From assembly GCA_965248975.1 (NCBI GenBank), contig CBDFKU010000020.1, forward strand, positions 152,952 through 216,951: a stretch of DNA of 64,000 nucleotides, in the 5' to 3' direction. A model generated the notes under the pieces. It did no database searches and was not told the DNA's origin. It saw only the letters and a list, made by a program, of their open reading frames with translations. Positions within the stretch are counted from its first letter, which is position 1, and each line of letters starts with the position of its first letter. Of this stretch, positions 1 through 8,284 are shown one piece after another. The translations under genes and the position numbers were made by a program. The DNA is from Dehalococcoidia bacterium. GTDB taxonomy: Bacteria; Chloroflexota; Dehalococcoidia; Lucifugimonadales; JAGWBF01.

Positions 1-2
1 TG

Positions 3-1235
3 ACCGAGGTACACTACACCCGGCCAAACGGGGCGGATCGCTGGCTGGACGTGGCGGTGACGCCATTGCCTTCGGATGACGAGACCCTGGTCATAGTTAA
101 CGACGTCACCGAGCGCAAAGAGATACGTGAGAGGGTCCAGGAGAACGCCAGACTGGCCTCCATCGGCGAGCTGGCGGCGGGAGTGGCCCACGAGCTGAAC
201 AACCCATTGGCCGGAGTGCTAGGGTTCGCCCAGCTTCTCATGGCCAAGGCGGCCAATGCTTCCACAAAGGACGACCTGGCCAAGATTTACGAGCAAGCGC
301 AGCGGGCGACCAAGGTGGTGCAGAACCTGCTGTCCTTTGCCCGGGAGCACAAGCCCGAGCGACGGTACGTCAACGTCAATACCGCCATCGAGAAGGCCGT
401 GGCGCTCAAGCTGTACGACTTCTCCGTCAGCAACATACATCTGAGCCTGGACATCCCCCGCGACATCCCCAAAACCATGGCCGACGAGCACCAGCTCCAG
501 CAGGTGTTCCTGAACATCCTGGTAAACGCCGAGCATGCGATGAAAGAGGCTAATGGCGAGGGGAGCCTCCGCGTAACTGCCCAGCAGACTGGGGAGAAGA
601 TTCACATAACCTTTACCGACGATGGCCCCGGCATAGCCCCCGACCTACTGAAGAAGATCTTTAATCCCTTCTTCACCACCAAAGAGGTCGGCAAGGGCAC
701 CGGTCTTGGGCTAAGCATCTGCTATGGAATAATGCAGGAGCACGGCGGTACCATCTGGGCAGAGAGCGAGATTGGCCAGGGCTCCACGTTCCACATCGAG
801 CTACCCATCCTGGCTCCCGATAACGGCACTATCGCGGCGGTGTTAACTGACGTCACTCCCTCGGTCCCGACGCAGCGGTTCCTGGTCGTGGACGACGAGC
901 CGGTGGTCCGGGACCTTCTCTTCCAGGTGCTTTCGGCCGACGGCCATACTGTAGACCTGGCGTCGGGAGGTCAGGAGGCCTGGGACATGATTCGGGAGGA
1001 GCGATACAGCTGTATCGTAGCGGATTTGAGGATGCCCGGCGTAAGCGGCCAGGACCTTTACAGGCGCATAAGGGAAGCAGATTCACGATTGGCCGAGAAA
1101 GTTATCTTCATCACTGGAGACATGGCGAGGCCCGACGTCCGGGCGTTTCTGGAGAGCACGGGGAACCCGGTGATGGGCAAGCCCTTCGATCTGAGTGAGC
1201 TCCGGTGGCACGTGAGCAAGTTGTCAGAGCAATAA
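3..1235 (+). CDS. Hybrid sensor histidine kinase (PAS end, HisKA, HATPase_c, C-terminal receiver); 5' end cut by window edge
   Basis: Frame is open from nt 3 (..[21 protein letters not shown].. precedes the listed Met). H-box [12 protein letters not shown]; ATP-lid motifs DDGPGI and [13 protein letters not shown]; then REC-like [20 protein letters not shown]. Confidence 0.85.
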   Translation, partial: TEVHYTRPNGADRWLDVAVTPLPSDDETLVIVNDVTERKEIRERVQENARLASIGELAAGVAHELNNPLAGVLGFAQLLMAKAANASTKDDLAKIYEQAQRATKVVQNLLSFAREHKPERRYVNVNTAIEKAVALKLYDFSVSNIHLSLDIPRDIPKTMADEHQLQQVFLNILVNAEHAMKEANGEGSLRVTAQQTGEKIHITFTDDGPGIAPDLLKKIFNPFFTTKEVGKGTGLGLSICYGIMQEHGGTIWAESEIGQGSTFHIELPILAPDNGTIAAVLTDVTPSVPTQRFLVVDDEPVVRDLLFQVLSADGHTVDLASGGQEAWDMIREERYSCIVADLRMPGVSGQDLYRRIREADSRLAEKVIFITGDMARPDVRAFLESTGNPVMGKPFDLSELRWHVSKLSEQ

Positions 1236-1259
1236 TCGGGTAGGGAGGTCTCTGGGGGT

Positions 1260-1892
1260 ATGAGTAAAATTCGAGTTTTCTTAGTTGACGACCACCCGGT
1301 GGTCAGAGAAGGTATACATCAGCTTCTGGAGCTGGACGAGCGGATCAGCGTTGTGGGGGAGGCAGGTGACGCCGAAGAGGCGGTTGAGGAGATCGGGGTC
1401 AGTATCCCTCAGGTGGTCCTGATGGACATCAAGCTGCCGGGGGCTGACGGTATCGAGGCCACACGGCGGTTGAAAGACCGCGTCCCCGAGTCCAGGGTGG
1501 TCATACTGAGCTCCTTCGGGGACCAATATCTGACCCAGGCCATCGAAGCAGGCGCCTGCGGGTACATCCTGAAGACGGCCTCTCAACCCGAGCTGGTGTT
1601 GGCGGTGGTGCAGGCGGCCAACGGCCAGTCGCCGGTGGACCCTTGCCTCAGTGGCGACCTGTTCGCCCAGGTCGCCAAACTGGCGAAGGGTGCACAGAGC
1701 GGTGGACTGTCCACGCGACAGCATGAGATTCTGGTTATGGCGGCCAACGGCTCATCGTCCAGGGACATCGAAGGCCATCTCTTCGTTAGCGAGGCCACGG
1801 TAAAGCGGGAGTTTCGGAATATTTTCGATGCCCTGGGAGTGAACGACCGCGTCCAGGCGGTGGCGGAGGCTTACAGGCGAAAGATCATCTAG
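1260..1892 (+). CDS. NarL/FixJ-type response regulator (REC + LuxR-type HTH)
   Basis: Receiver motifs VFLVDDHPVVREG..VLMDIKLPGADG; C-terminal LSTRQHEILVMAANGSSSRDIEGHLFVSEATVKREFRNIF; gggagg SD upstream. Confidence 0.9.
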   Translation: MSKIRVFLVDDHPVVREGIHQLLELDERISVVGEAGDAEEAVEEIGVSIPQVVLMDIKLPGADGIEATRRLKDRVPESRVVILSSFGDQYLTQAIEAGACGYILKTASQPELVLAVVQAANGQSPVDPCLSGDLFAQVAKLAKGAQSGGLSTRQHEILVMAANGSSSRDIEGHLFVSEATVKREFRNIFDALGVNDRVQAVAEAYRRKII

Positions 1893-1914
1893 CGAACCAG
1901 GTTCCAGGCCGGCG

Positions 1915-1956
1915 ATAAAGAGAGGAGGCCCTCAAACGAGGGCCTCCTCTCTTTAT
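1915..1956 (+). terminator. Intrinsic terminator-like hairpin after the NarL-type regulator
   Basis: ataaagagaggaggccctc / aaac / gagggcctcctctctttat: 19-bp perfect stem, 4-nt loop, T-rich tail. Confidence 0.75.
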
Positions 1957-2126
1957 GCCTTGATACACTCTTTCTCCACAATCTCCGTCATGGTGATCGT
2001 GCCAGGTTATAGACTCTCAGCCCCGGTTATACCAACTATAGCGTCTCCATCTGGCGGGCGGCTCACTGAGCGCACCTTTAGGGTCATCCAGAGTGATCCC
2101 CAGGTATCGCCAACCTTAATACCCCC

Positions 2127-2139
2127 GGAACTTAGCAGG
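2127..2139 (+). promoter_or_regulatory. Copy A of conserved 13-mer GGAACTTAGCAGG (candidate operator or -35-like element)
   Basis: Identical 13-mer recurs at 3684-3696. Lies 93 nt upstream of the CheY-like gene. Confidence 0.4.
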
Positions 2140-2231
2140 AGTCCGATGGGTTGCGACAATAGATTCAACGATAAAGATGGCGAGGGGGGCAGAGGCCGAG
2201 TAAAGGAACGAGGCTCCCAGGAACTCTCAAA

Positions 2232-2672
2232 ATGATGACTGACACCAAACCTCAAATTCTGATAGTGGACGATGAGGAGCTCATCGGAGAGCTGGTGATG
2301 AGATGGCTCACCGGAGTCGGCTACGGATGCGCCAGCACCCAGGACGCGGAAAACGCCATGACCCTCATGTCACACACGGATTTCGATCTCATGCTCCTCG
2401 ACGTGAGGATGCCGGGCAAGTCGGGGCTGGAGCTTCTTCCAGAGGTGAAGAGTCGATACCCCGGCACACCGGTCGTGATGATGACCGGAGCCGTGGACAA
2501 GAACATCGCCGCCCAGGCCATAGAGCGGGGGGCTTATGAGTACCTTATCAAGCCTTTCGATCTCATGGACCTGGCCAAAGCGGTCCAGGACGCGCTGCGC
2601 AGCCGGTTGGCTGCCTCCCAAGAAGGGAAAGGTCGGCGGGTCTTCAGGGACACAGTGGCGATAGAAGCCTAG
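2232..2672 (+). CDS. Single-domain CheY-like response regulator
   Basis: ILIVDDEE..LMLLDVRMPGKSG..VVMMTG..YEYLIKPF; no output domain. Confidence 0.9.
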   Translation: MMTDTKPQILIVDDEELIGELVMRWLTGVGYGCASTQDAENAMTLMSHTDFDLMLLDVRMPGKSGLELLPEVKSRYPGTPVVMMTGAVDKNIAAQAIERGAYEYLIKPFDLMDLAKAVQDALRSRLAASQEGKGRRVFRDTVAIEA

Positions 2673-2711
2673 GAATTCAGCACCCATTGGATCACGTGAA
2701 GGAGGAAGGAA

Positions 2712-2915
2712 ATGTGGTTGAAAGGATGTCCTAAGTGCGGTGGAGACCTCTACAAGGATCGGGACGTATATGGCGCTTTCGTCTCTTGCATCCAGTGCGG
2801 CATGCACAAGGACGTCGCGATCGAGCTTCCTAAGACCGCATTGGCCATGGGACTCAATCAGACGAGGAAAACTCTGGTCATCGCACGCGGCAAGGCGGAC
2901 GGAGTCAGGGTGTAA
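2712..2915 (+). CDS. Small zinc-ribbon protein (two CxxC pairs), function unknown
   Basis: CPKCGGDL..(17 aa)..CIQCG; aaggagg SD 6 nt upstream. Confidence 0.55.
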   Translation: MWLKGCPKCGGDLYKDRDVYGAFVSCIQCGMHKDVAIELPKTALAMGLNQTRKTLVIARGKADGVRV

Positions 2916-2961
2916 GGCATCCGGTCCGGCTGGGATGCACTAAAGAAAGGCAGGTGAAACC

Positions 2962-3393
2962 ATGACAACTCTACTCACTTCCCAGGTTGAAAGGATCGTC
3001 AGCGACGTGATGGCCGACTCGGCCGTAGAGCAGCCTTCGCCCCCGACCCAGAGGCTCAAGGAGCTGGGCAGGAACGTCGAAGCAATCGGGAGGATCATCG
3101 AGAGCCTGGCCGGTGGCCTCGGCGACCAGGGGCTTACCGGCGGATACGGTGCGACTGAGTGGCAGACGTCGACCATCGGCGACCTGAAGCCACGGTCGTT
3201 GGAAGTCCTGTCGTTGATGGCCCAGGGCCACAGCAACTGGGGAATCGCCGAGGCCCTGGCGCTTCAGCCCAAGACCGTTGAGAACCACATCAACTCTATT
3301 TACCAGACGCTGAATGTGTCCAACCACCGCACCAGCCATCCCCGCGTGCAGGCGGTGCTGAACTACATCGACTACACCTCGGGGAAACGATAG
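2962..3393 (+). CDS. LuxR-type HTH transcription regulator without receiver domain (LuxR solo)
   Basis: C-terminal SLEVLSLMAQGHSNWGIAEALALQPKTVENHINSIYQTLNV. The N-terminal ~80 aa has no recognisable domain. Confidence 0.75.
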   Translation: MTTLLTSQVERIVSDVMADSAVEQPSPPTQRLKELGRNVEAIGRIIESLAGGLGDQGLTGGYGATEWQTSTIGDLKPRSLEVLSLMAQGHSNWGIAEALALQPKTVENHINSIYQTLNVSNHRTSHPRVQAVLNYIDYTSGKR

Positions 3394-3683
3394 CGCCGAG
3401 CGCTTGCATCGAATATCTGTCCGGCAAATCAGCCGGGGCACCGTTGCCTTCAAGGCCGGCGGCGTGGCAGTGCCCCTCGCTGCAGGATCCGGCCCGCCCG
3501 TCACCGACCCCCTGCTCTTTGACAGCTGAATAACCGCGCCGCACATCGAAACGCATTGGGTCCCGGTGGTCGAGGTCTTTTCCTAAAAGGGAAGTCATAG
3601 TCCGGAACGCCTAATCGCGTTTCATGGAGGTCAGATCGTGGGTCATCGAGATGATCCATCAGTGTCAAAATGTCGAGACCGGG

Positions 3684-3700
3684 GGAACTTAGCAGGTTCC
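3684..3700 (+). promoter_or_regulatory. Copy B of GGAACTTAGCAGG, here forming the palindrome GGAAC-N7-GTTCC upstream of arlB1
   Basis: ggaacttagcaggttcc. Same 13-mer as 2127-2139. Lies about 200 nt upstream of the first archaellin. Confidence 0.4.
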
Positions 3701-3893
3701 GGGAAAGCTGGAACAATAAATGACAAGGATATTCCGCAGGTTCGTGGAAACCAGGAAAGGAGTGGCTTATGAGGTGATTCTTTCATGCCCGAGTGGGGGG
3801 CCGCAACACCCCGCCTAAGGGAATCACCGATCCAGAACCGTTCCAAGAGAAATAACAGACCAAGAGCAGATACAAAACAGGAGGAAAAATACA

Positions 3894-4493
3894 ATGGCAA
3901 ACCGTATATCCAGCTTTATAAGGACGGCTCCCAGGGTCTGGAAGCAGTCCAGGGGTATCACAGGACTTGAGACGGCCATCGTGCTGATAGCCTTCGTAGT
4001 GGTCTCCTCGGTGTTCGCCTTCGCGGCCTTGTCCACGGGCCTCTTCTCCGCCGACAAGTCCAAGGACACGATAAACGCGGGCCTGTCGGAAGCCAGGGGT
4101 ACCCTGGAAGTCCGGGGCACGATCATAGCCAAGGCCAACGGTGGCAAGACCGCCATCGACGAGATCTCGTTCCAGGTGGCCAACGCCGCGGGTGGCGAGG
4201 CCGTCGACATCACACCGGATGAGACCCTCATAACTTATAGCGACGTAGACCAGCTGGTCACCCTCACCAGCGCCGACTGGTCGGCCACGGGACTGGGCAA
4301 CGCCGACACAGACAAGCTGGTCGAGCCCGGCGAGATGTACGAGATCAAGCTCACCGGCTTGGAAGCCAAGCTTGTCACCGACCTGCCCAAGGACAAGCCC
4401 TTTACCCTGCAGGTCAAGCCTCCCCAGGGTGCGGTCGTCAACATCCAGCGCAGGACCCCCGTTGTGTTGGAAACTTTCAACGATCTAGGGTAA
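3894..4493 (+). CDS. arlB: Archaellin (archaeal flagellin) paralog 1
   Basis: Basic leader ..KQSRG then ITGLETAIVLIAFVVVSSVFAFAALSTGLFS (class III signal peptide plus hydrophobic helix). ~200 aa, first of three tandem paralogs upstream of arlFGHIJ-like genes. Strong aggagg SD. Confidence 0.85.
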   Translation: MANRISSFIRTAPRVWKQSRGITGLETAIVLIAFVVVSSVFAFAALSTGLFSADKSKDTINAGLSEARGTLEVRGTIIAKANGGKTAIDEISFQVANAAGGEAVDITPDETLITYSDVDQLVTLTSADWSATGLGNADTDKLVEPGEMYEIKLTGLEAKLVTDLPKDKPFTLQVKPPQGAVVNIQRRTPVVLETFNDLG

Positions 4494-4517
4494 AGGTATC
4501 TGCTCGGGTCCTTCGAA

Positions 4518-4545
4518 CTTCAGGCTTCGACGACGAAGCCTGAAG
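4518..4545 (+). promoter_or_regulatory. Perfect 12-bp stem / 4-nt loop hairpin between arlB1 and arlB2 (attenuator or mRNA-stability element)
   Basis: cttcaggcttcg acga cgaagcctgaag; no U-tract follows. Confidence 0.5.
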
Positions 4546-4597
4546 CCGGAGACCTGGGGGCGAAACACGACACATAACTTTGTAGAGAGAGATTAGA

Positions 4598-5197
4598 TTG
4601 AGACATTTACTGAAAGCCAGGATCCGACCATTTAAGAACCAGCGTGGCATTACAGGACTTGAGACGGCCATCGTGCTGATCGCCTTCGTGGTGGTCTCCT
4701 CGGTCTTCGCCTTCGCCGCGCTGTCAACGGGTCTCTTCTCCGCCGACAAGTCCAAGGACACCATCAACGCGGGCCTATCGGAAGCCAGGGGTACCCTGGA
4801 GATCCGGGGCTCCGTGATAGCGAAGGAACACGCCTCTGGTGATGTCATCGACGAGATCATTTTCCAGGTCGCCAACGCCGCGGGTGGTGAGGCCGTCGAC
4901 CTGACCCCCGGTGAGACCCTGATCACATACACCGATTTTGATCAGACGACAACGCTCGCCAAGACCTGGACAACGGGTGGATTCACGGTGACCGCCCTGG
5001 GCAACGCCGACACCGATAAGCTGGTGGAACCCGGCGAGATGTACGAAATAAAGGTCATAGGCCTGAAGAGCAAGCTTGCCACCGACCTAGTAAAGGACAA
5101 GTCCTTTACCCTCGAGGTGAAGCCTCCCCAGGGTGCGGTGGTCCACATCGATCGCAGGACTCCGGTGGTCCTGGAAACCTACATGGACCTCGGATAA
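4598..5197 (+). CDS. arlB: Archaellin paralog 2 (TTG start)
   Basis: ..KNQRG|ITGLETAIVLIAFVVV.. N- and C-terminal thirds are near-identical to paralogs 1 and 3. Confidence 0.85.
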   Translation: MRHLLKARIRPFKNQRGITGLETAIVLIAFVVVSSVFAFAALSTGLFSADKSKDTINAGLSEARGTLEIRGSVIAKEHASGDVIDEIIFQVANAAGGEAVDLTPGETLITYTDFDQTTTLAKTWTTGGFTVTALGNADTDKLVEPGEMYEIKVIGLKSKLATDLVKDKSFTLEVKPPQGAVVHIDRRTPVVLETYMDLG

Positions 5198-5277
5198 GAA
5201 CCATCAGCCGAAGGCGATCTAAGGATAGATAGCAAAATGCGAGAGGAGCTAGTGAAATGAGCTACAGAGAGAAAAAG

Positions 5278-5858
5278 ATGGGGGGGGGCTGTGGCGCGAC
5301 CAGCGCGGCATCACCGGACTTGAGACGGCCATTGTGCTGATAGCCTTCGTGGTGGTCTCCTCGGTGTTTGCCTTCGCGGCCTTGTCCACGGGCCTCTTCT
5401 CCGCCGACAAGTCCAAGGACACCATCAACGCGGGCCTATCGGAAGCCAGAGGCACCCTGGAGGTGCGAGGGTCCATAGTCGCCAAGTTAAACAGCACCGG
5501 TGATGTCGTCGACGAGATTATCTTCCAGGTAGCCAACGCCGCGGGCGGCGAGGCCGTCGATCTGACCCCCGGCGAGACACTGATCACCTATACCGATTTC
5601 GATCAGACGACGACCCTTGCGACGACCTGGACAACGGGTGGATTCACCGTGACTGCGCTCGGCAATGCCGACAGTGACAAACTGGTAGAACCCGGCGAGA
5701 TGTACGAGGTTAAGGTCATAGGCCTGGAGAGCAAGCTTGGCACCGACCTGAAAAAGGACAAGCGCTTTACCCTCGAAGTGAAGCCCCCTCAGGGTGCGGT
5801 GGTCAACATCCAGCGCAGGACCCCGGTGGTCCTCGAAACCTACATGGACCTCGGATAG
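5278..5858 (+). CDS. arlB: Archaellin paralog 3, start disrupted by the G9 tract (uninterrupted ORF only from GTG 5334, which lacks the signal peptide)
   Basis: The archaellin frame is open back to 5256 and reads ..GGGLWRDQRGITGLETAIV.. with no ATG/GTG/TTG before 5334. The ATG at 5278 aligns with the TTG start context of arlB2 (tagagagaga..). G10 or G7 would give MGG(G)LWRDQRG|ITGLE. Confidence 0.75.
5280..5288 (+). repeat. G9 homopolymer immediately after the arlB3 ATG
   Basis: aaaaagATGGGGGGGGGCTGTGG. The ATG at 5278 is out of frame with the archaellin ORF at this tract length. Confidence 0.95.
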
Positions 5859-5916
5859 TGTAAACCCAGGCGACTCAAGGCGCCAGCTGAATCGGCCACC
5901 AACGAAGGCCCCTGTC

Positions 5917-5965
5917 GAGCCGGCCCGGGACCAGCTAACGAGGCCCGCCGGTCCCGGGTCGGCTC
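5917..5965 (+). terminator. Long GC hairpin after the archaellin genes (terminator/processing-like, no T-tract)
   Basis: gagccggcccgggacc ..17 nt.. ggtcccgggtcggctc (16 bp, one G-U). Confidence 0.4.
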
Positions 5966-5995
5966 ATCGATACCCGAAGCATATGGAGGACGGCA

Positions 5996-6544
5996 ATGCC
6001 CACCGAAGAGAAAAGGATAGAGGGCCTGGAAAATGAGCTCAAGGTTCTGAAGGGACAAGTCAAGCAGACCTTGGTCGACCTCCGGGCCTACATGCTGCGG
6101 GAGTCCTCTCCTTTGCGAGAATCAGGTGGATTCGACAGGCCGCCCCAAGTGCCAAGGAGCGAAGTCAGCGTCAACAACACCGACTCGGGTAGTGGGGCCG
6201 GGCAACCCAACCAACAGCCGGCCGCTCCGGTACCGGCCGCTCCTCCACCCCCACCGGTCGCCCAGCAGCCTCAATATGCAGCTGCACCGCCTCCTCCGCC
6301 CCAGGTGGTCTATCAGCCGGCCCCGCCACCCATGGCTTCGCCACCGCCGGGTTACTCACAATACCACCCTGGGGAGCCTCAGCGGGAGCCTCAGCGCGAA
6401 TCGAGAGAGTCTCAGCGCGAGTCACGAGAGGCAGAGCGTGAGTCTCGGGGACCTCGACCTCCGCAGGACGAGTCGGAGAGGCCTCAGAGGCGGGACCGGC
6501 GACAACGTGGGGAACAGTATTCAGAGAACGAATCCACCCGGTAG
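5996..6544 (+). CDS. Archaellum-operon protein, N-terminal part: coiled coil plus Pro-rich and RE/RS-rich low complexity (ArlX/ArlD position)
   Basis: MPTEEKRIEGLENELKVLKGQVKQTLVDLRAY, then PAAPVPAAPPPPPVAQQP.., then REPQRESRESQRESREAERESRG. Ends at a TAG that is in frame with the next ORF. Confidence 0.5.
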   Translation: MPTEEKRIEGLENELKVLKGQVKQTLVDLRAYMLRESSPLRESGGFDRPPQVPRSEVSVNNTDSGSGAGQPNQQPAAPVPAAPPPPPVAQQPQYAAAPPPPPQVVYQPAPPPMASPPPGYSQYHPGEPQREPQRESRESQRESREAERESRGPRPPQDESERPQRRDRRQRGEQYSENESTR

Positions 6545-6550
6545 GACCGC

Positions 6551-7120
6551 GTGGGATATGATCGGCAGGAATCCCGCTCGGTCAGACGGGATCGAAAAGA
6601 CTCCAGGCCAGAGCGCCGCCGGGATGATGATCCCCGCCAGGCCTCACAGTCCCGGCGGATGGAGGGGGATAAACACCAGATGGAGTATGAGGAAGACTTC
6701 GAGGACATTAACGACCACTGGGACGAGTATCGACCCGAGCAGATGCCAATGTCCAGGGATCAGGTGATGGGTCCGGACAACCCTAACGTGAACATGATCT
6801 CAAACCTGGTACGGTGGGCGTTCAAGGCCAGAAGCCGCATGAGTCACGAAGCCCTCATGGACTACCTGCGACTCTATATGGCTTCCGGCAAGTATTCCGA
6901 GGAACTGAGAGATATGATCGGCTACATCTGTGACATTGTGGGAGAGAATCCGACCTACGAGCCGGATCCTTCCCAGGAATGCGTAGACCTGATTCACCAG
7001 CTTCACGGCATCCTGGCAGGGGACAGTCATATCTCGCACCGGATGCCTCCGAAGATATCTCATAACGGACACTCTGGTGGCCAGGATCGAAAAGGACTGT
7101 ATACCAATGGGAGGGGTTGA
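6551..7120 (+). CDS. Archaellum-operon protein, C-terminal part (same frame as 5996-6544); tentative ArlD/E-like C-terminal domain
   Basis: The charged RD/RE-rich linker continues across the TAG. The C-terminal NMISNLVRWAFKARSRMSHEALMDYLRLYMASGKYSEELRDMIGYI resembles, from memory only, the W..F...L.YY..GWIS pattern of FlaD/E. No convincing SD before GTG 6551. Confidence 0.4.
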   Translation: MGYDRQESRSVRRDRKDSRPERRRDDDPRQASQSRRMEGDKHQMEYEEDFEDINDHWDEYRPEQMPMSRDQVMGPDNPNVNMISNLVRWAFKARSRMSHEALMDYLRLYMASGKYSEELRDMIGYICDIVGENPTYEPDPSQECVDLIHQLHGILAGDSHISHRMPPKISHNGHSGGQDRKGLYTNGRG

Positions 7121-7602
7121 GCGTGGAGAAGACTATTACGACTGCCCTGCTGGTTATAGCGGGCATCATAGCCGCCGTGGCACTGATCAACGCAGTGCTT
7201 CCGGCCGCCAATAAAGGCTCTGGAGCGCTGCTGATGGCCAACGCGGCCTCAGCGGACCGCATCAAGACTGACGTGGAGATTGTGTTCGCTTCCGGCAACG
7301 CCACCGGCGACGAGATCAACTTCTGGGTGAAGAACGTGGGGAGCAACGTCATCAAGCCCATAGACGAATCGGATGTGTTCGTTACTACGCCCACCATCAT
7401 CAGTCGCATCCCTTACAACGCCTCGTGTACGGCGGGCTCTGCGCCCTGCTGGAAGCATGCCCTGGAAGGCGGAGCCACCGCCTGGACCTTGTCGGCAACG
7501 GTCAAAGTCAGCGTGTATCTCAGCAGCGGGACTGCCGGGCTTCATAAGATAAAAATAGCCGTTTACAACTCGGTCAGTGCTGAGAAAGAGTTCAGTATCT
7601 AG
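7117..7602 (+). CDS. ArlF/ArlG-family archaellum protein (N-terminal TM helix + beta-rich domain)
   Basis: TITTALLVIAGIIAAVALINAVL followed by a beta-rich soluble domain. TTG start overlaps the upstream stop (TTGA), with gggagggg SD. Confidence 0.6.
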   Translation: MSVEKTITTALLVIAGIIAAVALINAVLPAANKGSGALLMANAASADRIKTDVEIVFASGNATGDEINFWVKNVGSNVIKPIDESDVFVTTPTIISRIPYNASCTAGSAPCWKHALEGGATAWTLSATVKVSVYLSSGTAGLHKIKIAVYNSVSAEKEFSI

Positions 7603-7707
7603 GGACCCGCCATCGCGGCGACGGGGGTCCTGGGGTGCCATACGAGTGAACGTGGAGGTCGAGTCTTTTTCAATGGGAAGCGAGGATGAACGCCGGAGGC
7701 CGACAGG

Positions 7708-8240
7708 ATGAGTGCGGTAATTTCAGGGGGATTGATCATCTCACTGTTCATACTGGTGGCGATGCTAATCTCCAGCACTTTCCTGACCACCAGCGACACC
7801 CAGGCCACCTCGCTCAAGGAAATCTCGAAACTACGGATCGACCAGATAGGCGGCGACATATCTATTACTTCTACCATCGCTGCCAACTCGGGAGACGGGA
7901 CCAACGTGACACTAGCCGTAAATAACCCCGGATCCATCGGATATGGAGACTTCTCGCAGGTGGACGTGGTAATCGATTACACCAACACCACCGGCGATCA
8001 AGAGGTAAGGCGTCTGACCTATGTTTGCAGGCAGCTATGCGGAAACTCGGCGGATCCCGGAGACAACCAGTGGACCGTCACCAGCCTGGTCCCCGATGGT
8101 TACAGCCCCAAGATGTGGAACCCCGACGAGGTGGCAAACATGACCTTGAACTCGTTCCCACGGTCAAGAGTGGGACGTCAGGAACGGTAGCCGTAGCCGT
8201 CCCGGGCGGGGTCTCGGACTCGGCCTACTACACCAACTAG
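7708..8240 (+). CDS. Second ArlF/ArlG-family protein; probable frameshift near 8143-8155 (uninterrupted ORF stops at 8190)
   Basis: N-terminal TM helix GGLIISLFILVAMLISSTFL. After ..EVANMTL, the adjacent frame reads ELVPTVKSGTSGTVAVAVPGGVSDSAYYTN*. This parallels the C-terminus of the neighbouring paralog (..LSSGTAGLHKIKIAVYNSVSAEKEFSI*). The listed frame ends in the atypical NSFPRSRVGRQER. Confidence 0.55.
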
Positions 8241-8284
8241 GCACACGGCACCGGTTATCAAACTAGTGGGAGGAGGGATAGAGG

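Noticed and set aside
3706-3722. ctGGAACaataaATGAc considered as a sigma54 (-24/-12) promoter for arlB1.
   Set aside because: It lacks the conserved GG-N10-GC spacing and the TTGC element. No EBP/NtrC-type AAA+ activator is present in the window.
3894-5858. A ~700-bp periodic repetition of a near-identical ~170-nt block looked like a repeat array.
   Set aside because: The blocks are the conserved 5' parts of three paralogous archaellin genes. This is not a CRISPR or tandem non-coding repeat. I saw no CRISPR-like short direct repeats anywhere in the window.
6126-6767. 213-aa ORF overlapping the Pro/Arg-rich region in another frame.
   Set aside because: It lies entirely inside low-complexity repeats of the 5996-7120 reading frame. 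It has no SD and an Arg/Ser/Pro-biased composition produced by frame-shifted repeats.
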